Under the pieces are notes generated by a model. It searched no databases. It saw only the letters and a list, made by a program, of their open reading frames with translations, and had not been told where the DNA came from. The position numbers were made by a program, and so were the translations under genes. This document shows, one piece after another, positions 60,343-64,000 of a stretch of 64,000 nt of DNA (position 1 is the stretch's first letter; every line of letters starts with the position of its first letter). This DNA comes from Lachnospiraceae bacterium (lineage in GTDB: Bacteria; Bacillota; Clostridia; Lachnospirales; Lachnospiraceae). The stretch covers positions 4,253 to 68,252 of the forward strand of contig JBGVRS010000170.1 in the NCBI GenBank assembly GCA_045128635.1, written 5' to 3'.

Positions 60343-62001
60343 ATGAAAAAAGTAACTCTTGGAAACATTGTAAAAGAATACGAAGCAGGAACGACTTATG
60401 AACAGGTTATGAAAGAACATTATCCTGAAAAGTCGGAACAGATTATTTTGGTAAAGGTGAATGGAAAACTGGAGGAGCTTACGAAGAAAATTAAGAGGGA
60501 ATGCGTAGTAGAGCCTGTTTTCTTTGGTGATGATCCGGGGTATAACTCTTACAGACGCAGCATGACATTTTTAATGCTCAAGGCAATTTATGCTCTGTAC
60601 AGCCATGAAGAAATAGGCAAAGTGCGCGTAGAGTTTTCAGCAGGTGCGGGATATTTTTGTACACTCAGCGGAAATGTAAAGATAGACAAAACATTTACGG
60701 AAAAGGTAGAAGCACGTATGAAAGAATATGTGGAAGAAGCCATTCCGATTAAAAAAGAGGTAGTCAATACGCAGGAGGCAATTGCAAGATTTTCAGAATA
60801 CGGAATGAGTGACAAAGCAGCACTTTTCCGCTATCGCCGTGCTTCCAAAGTAAACATTTACAGTATTGGAGGTTTTCAGGACTATTATTACGGATACATG
60901 GTGCCAAACACCTGCTATCTGAAATGGTTTGCGCTGGAGCCTTTTGAAGATGGTTTTATTTTGCAATTCCCGAAAAAGGAAGCCTGGGGAATTGTGCCAC
61001 CAGTAGAATTTAGCAAAAAGGTCTTTGATGTTTTGCGCAATTCGGAAGAATGGGGCAAAATGCTGGAACTTTCTACCGTGGGAGAATTAAATGATATGGT
61101 TGCGAAAGGCAACTTGTCGGAAATGATTCTTGTGCAGGAAGCAATCCAGGAAAAACAGATTGGCGATATCGCGGGAAGGATTGCCGCTGACCCATCCAAG
61201 CGAATTATTATGATCGCAGGACCATCATCTTCTGGGAAAACAACATTTTCCCACAGATTGTCCGTGCAGCTGCGTGCTCATGGTTTGAAACCACATCCAA
61301 TTGCCTGTGACAATTATTTCGTGGAAAGGGAAGATACGCCAAAGGACGAAAATGGAAAATACAATTTCGAATGTCTTGGTGCCTTAGATATCGAACTGTT
61401 CAATGATCATATGAACCGTCTGCTTGCAGGAGAAACGGTGGAAATTCCGGAATTTAATTTTATTACCGGACATAAAGAATACAAAGGGAAACAGATACTT
61501 ACCCTGGGAGAAGATGACGTTCTTGTAATCGAAGGAATTCATTGTCTGAATGATGCCATGTCCTATGGGCTTCCGGCAGAAAGTAAGTTTAAGATTTACA
61601 TCAGTGCATTGACCATGTTAAATATTGATGAGCATAACCGCATTCCGACTACTGATGGACGTCTCATTCGAAGAATGATTCGTGATGCTAGAACCAGAGG
61701 TTCGTCTGCGAAAAATACCATTGATATGTGGCCGTCTGTACGAAGAGGAGAGGAAGAAAACATTTTCCCATATCAGGATTCGGCGGACGTGGTGTTTAAT
61801 TCTGCACTAATCTATGAATTGGCAGTGTTGAAACAATATGCAGAGCCATTGCTTTTTGGAATCGACCGCGATGCTCCGGAATATATGGAAGCTAAACGGT
61901 TATTGAAGTTCCTGGATTACTTTGTGGGAGTAGACAGCAACCTGATTCCAAACAATTCGATTTTGAGAGAATTTATTGGTGGCAGTTGTTTTCGAGTTTA
62001 G
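60343..62001 (+). CDS. Fusion protein: ThrRS-N-terminal-like (TGS plus second additional domain) plus uridine-kinase-type P-loop kinase
   Basis: The N-terminal ~230 aa resemble the ThrRS TGS/SAD domains. The C-terminal half has the P-loop IAGPSSSGKTTF and udk-like blocks (VLVIEGIH, RRMIRD). Confidence 0.7.
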   Translation: MKKVTLGNIVKEYEAGTTYEQVMKEHYPEKSEQIILVKVNGKLEELTKKIKRECVVEPVFFGDDPGYNSYRRSMTFLMLKAIYALYSHEEIGKVRVEFSAGAGYFCTLSGNVKIDKTFTEKVEARMKEYVEEAIPIKKEVVNTQEAIARFSEYGMSDKAALFRYRRASKVNIYSIGGFQDYYYGYMVPNTCYLKWFALEPFEDGFILQFPKKEAWGIVPPVEFSKKVFDVLRNSEEWGKMLELSTVGELNDMVAKGNLSEMILVQEAIQEKQIGDIAGRIAADPSKRIIMIAGPSSSGKTTFSHRLSVQLRAHGLKPHPIACDNYFVEREDTPKDENGKYNFECLGALDIELFNDHMNRLLAGETVEIPEFNFITGHKEYKGKQILTLGEDDVLVIEGIHCLNDAMSYGLPAESKFKIYISALTMLNIDEHNRIPTTDGRLIRRMIRDARTRGSSAKNTIDMWPSVRRGEEENIFPYQDSADVVFNSALIYELAVLKQYAEPLLFGIDRDAPEYMEAKRLLKFLDYFVGVDSNLIPNNSILREFIGGSCFRV

Positions 62002-62014
62002 AATGTGATAAAAT
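61986..62014 (+). promoter_or_regulatory. Candidate extended -10 promoter for RNase P RNA, inside the 3' end of the upstream CDS
   Basis: TTGTTT (61986-61991), 17-nt spacer including TG at 62006-62007, and TAAAAT at 62009-62014. The predicted TSS coincides with the start of helix P1 (~62021). Confidence 0.4.
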
Positions 62015-62020
62015 GAGCGG

Positions 62021-62368
62021 ATGAGTAGGACAAATGTTCGCGGCTTGCCCTCAGTTATCTGAGGTCAGGGTGAGGAAAGTCCGGGCTTCGCAGGGCAGAA
62101 TGCCGGATAACGTCCGGTGGAGGCGACTCCAAGGATAGTGCAACAGAAATATACCGCCAGCGCATGCTGGTAAGGGTGGAAGGGTGGCTTAAGAGACCAC
62201 CGCACGCAGGGTAACCTGGGTGGCATATGTAAACCCCATTCGAAGCAAGACCAAAACGAGGCATATGGCGGCCCGTCAGTCTCAGGTAGGTCGCTTGAAC
62301 CTGTTGGTAACAGCAGGTCTAGATAGATGAACATTCAACGACATAACCCGGCTTATCGTCCTGCTCAT
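62021..62368 (+). ncRNA. rnpB: RNase P RNA (bacterial type A)
   Basis: Universal P4 strand GAGGAAAGTCCGGGC at 62072-62086 and 3' P4 strand ACCCGGCTTA at 62346-62355. P1 pairing of ATGAGTAGGAC (62021-62031) with GTCCTGCTCAT (62358-62368), and a type-A-like AGGGCAGAATGCCGGATAACGTCCGG. Confidence 0.9.
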
Positions 62369-62412
62369 GTTAAAAATATGAATTACAAAAGATTTATAAT
62401 AGGAGAGAAATT

Positions 62413-63864
62413 ATGAGCAAAGTTAGAACAAGATTTGCACCAAGCCCAACAGGGCGTATGCATGTAGGAAACTTAAGAACAGCTCTTTATGCATATTTGA
62501 TCACAAAACATGAAGGCGGCGATTTCCTTCTCCGTATCGAAGATACAGACCAGGAACGTCTTGTGGAAGGTGCAGTAGATATTATTTATCGTACACTTGA
62601 AAAAACAGGCCTGATTCATGATGAAGGTCCTGACAAAGATGGCGGAGTAGGTCCATACGTTCAGAGTGAACGTCAGGCTTCCGGTATTTATTTAGAATAT
62701 GCTAAAAAATTAGTAGACAAAGGCGAAGCATATTACTGCTTCTGCGATAAAGAACGTCTGGAAGGTTTAAAACAGGAAGTTGCAGGAAAAGAAATCACAA
62801 TTTATGACAAACACTGCCTCTCTTTAAGCAAAGAAGAAGTAGAAGCAAACCTTGCAGCTGGGAAACCATACGTTATCAGACAGAACAATCCTCAGACAGG
62901 AACAACTACATTCCATGATGAAATCTACGGAGATATTACAGTAGACAATGCAGAACTGGATGACATGATCCTGATCAAATCTGACGGATATCCAACATAT
63001 AACTTTGCAAACGTTGTAGATGACCACTTGATGGGAATTACACACGTTGTACGTGGTAATGAATATTTATCTTCTTCACCAAAATACAATCGTTTATATG
63101 AAGCATTTGGCTGGGAAGTACCGGTATATGTTCACTGCCCATTAATCACAGATGAATCACACAAAAAACTTTCCAAACGCTGCGGACATTCTTCTTATGA
63201 GGATTTAATTGAACAGGGCTTTTTAACAGAAGCAGTTGTAAACTTTGTAGCACTTCTTGGATGGAGTCCGGAAGATGACAGAGAAATCTTCTCTCTGGAA
63301 GAATTAGTTGAAGCATTTAACTACCGTCACATGGGTAAAGCACCATCCGTATTTGACTACACAAAATTAAAATGGATGAACGGCGAATACATTAAGGCAA
63401 TGGATTTTGACAAATTCTATGAAATGGCACTTCCATATATCAAAGAAGTGATCACAAAAGACTACGACCTTAAGAAAATCGCTGAAATGGTAAAAACACG
63501 TATCGAAGTGTTCCCGGATATCAAAGATCTCATTGACTTCTTTGAAACATTACCGGAATACGATACAGCAATGTACTGCCATAAGAAAATGAAAACAAAT
63601 GAAGAGACATCTTTAGAAGTGTTAAAAGAAATGCTTCCTATCTTAGAAGCACAGGAAGATTACTCTAATGATGCTCTTTATGAAATGCTCATGAAATACG
63701 TAGCAGACAAAGGCTGCAAGAATGGCTACGCACTCTGGCCAATCAGAATTGCAGTTTCCGGAAAGCAGATGACTCCAGCCGGCGCAACTGAAATCATGGA
63801 AATCATCGGTAAAGAAGAAACAATTCACAGAGTAAAAGTAGCAATTGAATTATTAAGTAAATAA
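62413..63864 (+). CDS. gltX: Glutamate--tRNA ligase
   Basis: [19 protein letters not shown] (HIGH-type motif) and KLSKR (KMSKS-type motif). Confidence 0.95.
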   Translation: MSKVRTRFAPSPTGRMHVGNLRTALYAYLITKHEGGDFLLRIEDTDQERLVEGAVDIIYRTLEKTGLIHDEGPDKDGGVGPYVQSERQASGIYLEYAKKLVDKGEAYYCFCDKERLEGLKQEVAGKEITIYDKHCLSLSKEEVEANLAAGKPYVIRQNNPQTGTTTFHDEIYGDITVDNAELDDMILIKSDGYPTYNFANVVDDHLMGITHVVRGNEYLSSSPKYNRLYEAFGWEVPVYVHCPLITDESHKKLSKRCGHSSYEDLIEQGFLTEAVVNFVALLGWSPEDDREIFSLEELVEAFNYRHMGKAPSVFDYTKLKWMNGEYIKAMDFDKFYEMALPYIKEVITKDYDLKKIAEMVKTRIEVFPDIKDLIDFFETLPEYDTAMYCHKKMKTNEETSLEVLKEMLPILEAQEDYSNDALYEMLMKYVADKGCKNGYALWPIRIAVSGKQMTPAGATEIMEIIGKEETIHRVKVAIELLSK

Positions 63865-63873
63865 TATTTGTGC

Positions 63874-63920
63874 AAAATCCACAATTTCTTGCGCGGAAAT
63901 TGTGGATTTTGTTTATTTTG
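63874..63920 (+). terminator. Rho-independent terminator after gltX
   Basis: AAAATCCACAATTTC-7 nt-GAAATTGTGGATTTT followed by a T-rich tail. Confidence 0.85.
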
Positions 63921-63949
63921 CCATTTTGAAAATATTTTGAAAAATGGTG

Positions 63950-63979
63950 TTGACTTTTGTCGACTCCAGGGTGTATAGT
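63950..63979 (+). promoter_or_regulatory. Candidate strong promoter reading out of the window (TTGACT-18 nt-TATAGT)
   Basis: -35 at 63950-63955 and -10 at 63974-63979, preceded by TG. The target gene lies beyond the window. Confidence 0.35.
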
Positions 63980-64000
63980 ATCCAAGGTTGCTGAACACGG

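Noticed and set aside
62370-62412. T-box or other leader upstream of gltX
   Set aside because: Only ~44 nt separate the RNase P RNA from the gltX start, which is too short for a T-box. The structured sequence upstream is rnpB itself.

Overview
This is a chromosomal segment of a low-GC, spore-forming Firmicute. Gene content and synteny look Clostridia/Lachnospiraceae-like, but that is inference only, since no database search was possible. About 80% of the window is housekeeping genes on the + strand. These include an F-type ATP synthase operon (0.6-6.6 kb), pyruvate:ferredoxin oxidoreductase and tRNA/rRNA modification genes (prmA, rsmE, nifS-thiI, mtaB). They also include the conserved ireB-ruvX-DUF1292-rnj-mltG-like-yrrM-yrrO block, sigK, comM-dprA-topA-codY, groES/groEL with a CIRCE operator, and lrgAB. 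The window ends with dgt-dnaG-rpoD-trmK-nif3, RNase P RNA and gltX. There are two accessory stretches. (i) 6.6-8.4 kb holds decayed mobile-element debris: a DUF1016 pseudogene, a DUF3848 fragment and an ISLre2-type transposase fragment. (ii) 38.9-51.2 kb, between groEL and a GlgX-like gene, holds cell-surface and regulatory genes. The best candidate for an undescribed system is a translationally coupled four-gene operon at 38940-44881. It encodes an orphan A24 prepilin-type peptidase, a membrane Ser/Thr kinase, a small TM protein and a ~1190-aa multi-Ig-like surface protein. Other unusual points:
- an in-frame fusion of the delta-subunit C-terminal domain to ATP synthase alpha
- a GlgX homolog with both catalytic Asp replaced by Asn
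- a sigK with no pro-sequence whose RBS lies in a terminator arm
- an XRE-ImmA-PIN-like triad with a homopolymer frameshift
- a frame-split beta-helix surface protein
- a PRTase-fold protein that lacks the acidic PRPP motif
I found no CRISPR array, tRNA or rRNA. All family names come from motif recognition by eye and should be confirmed with HMM/BLAST.
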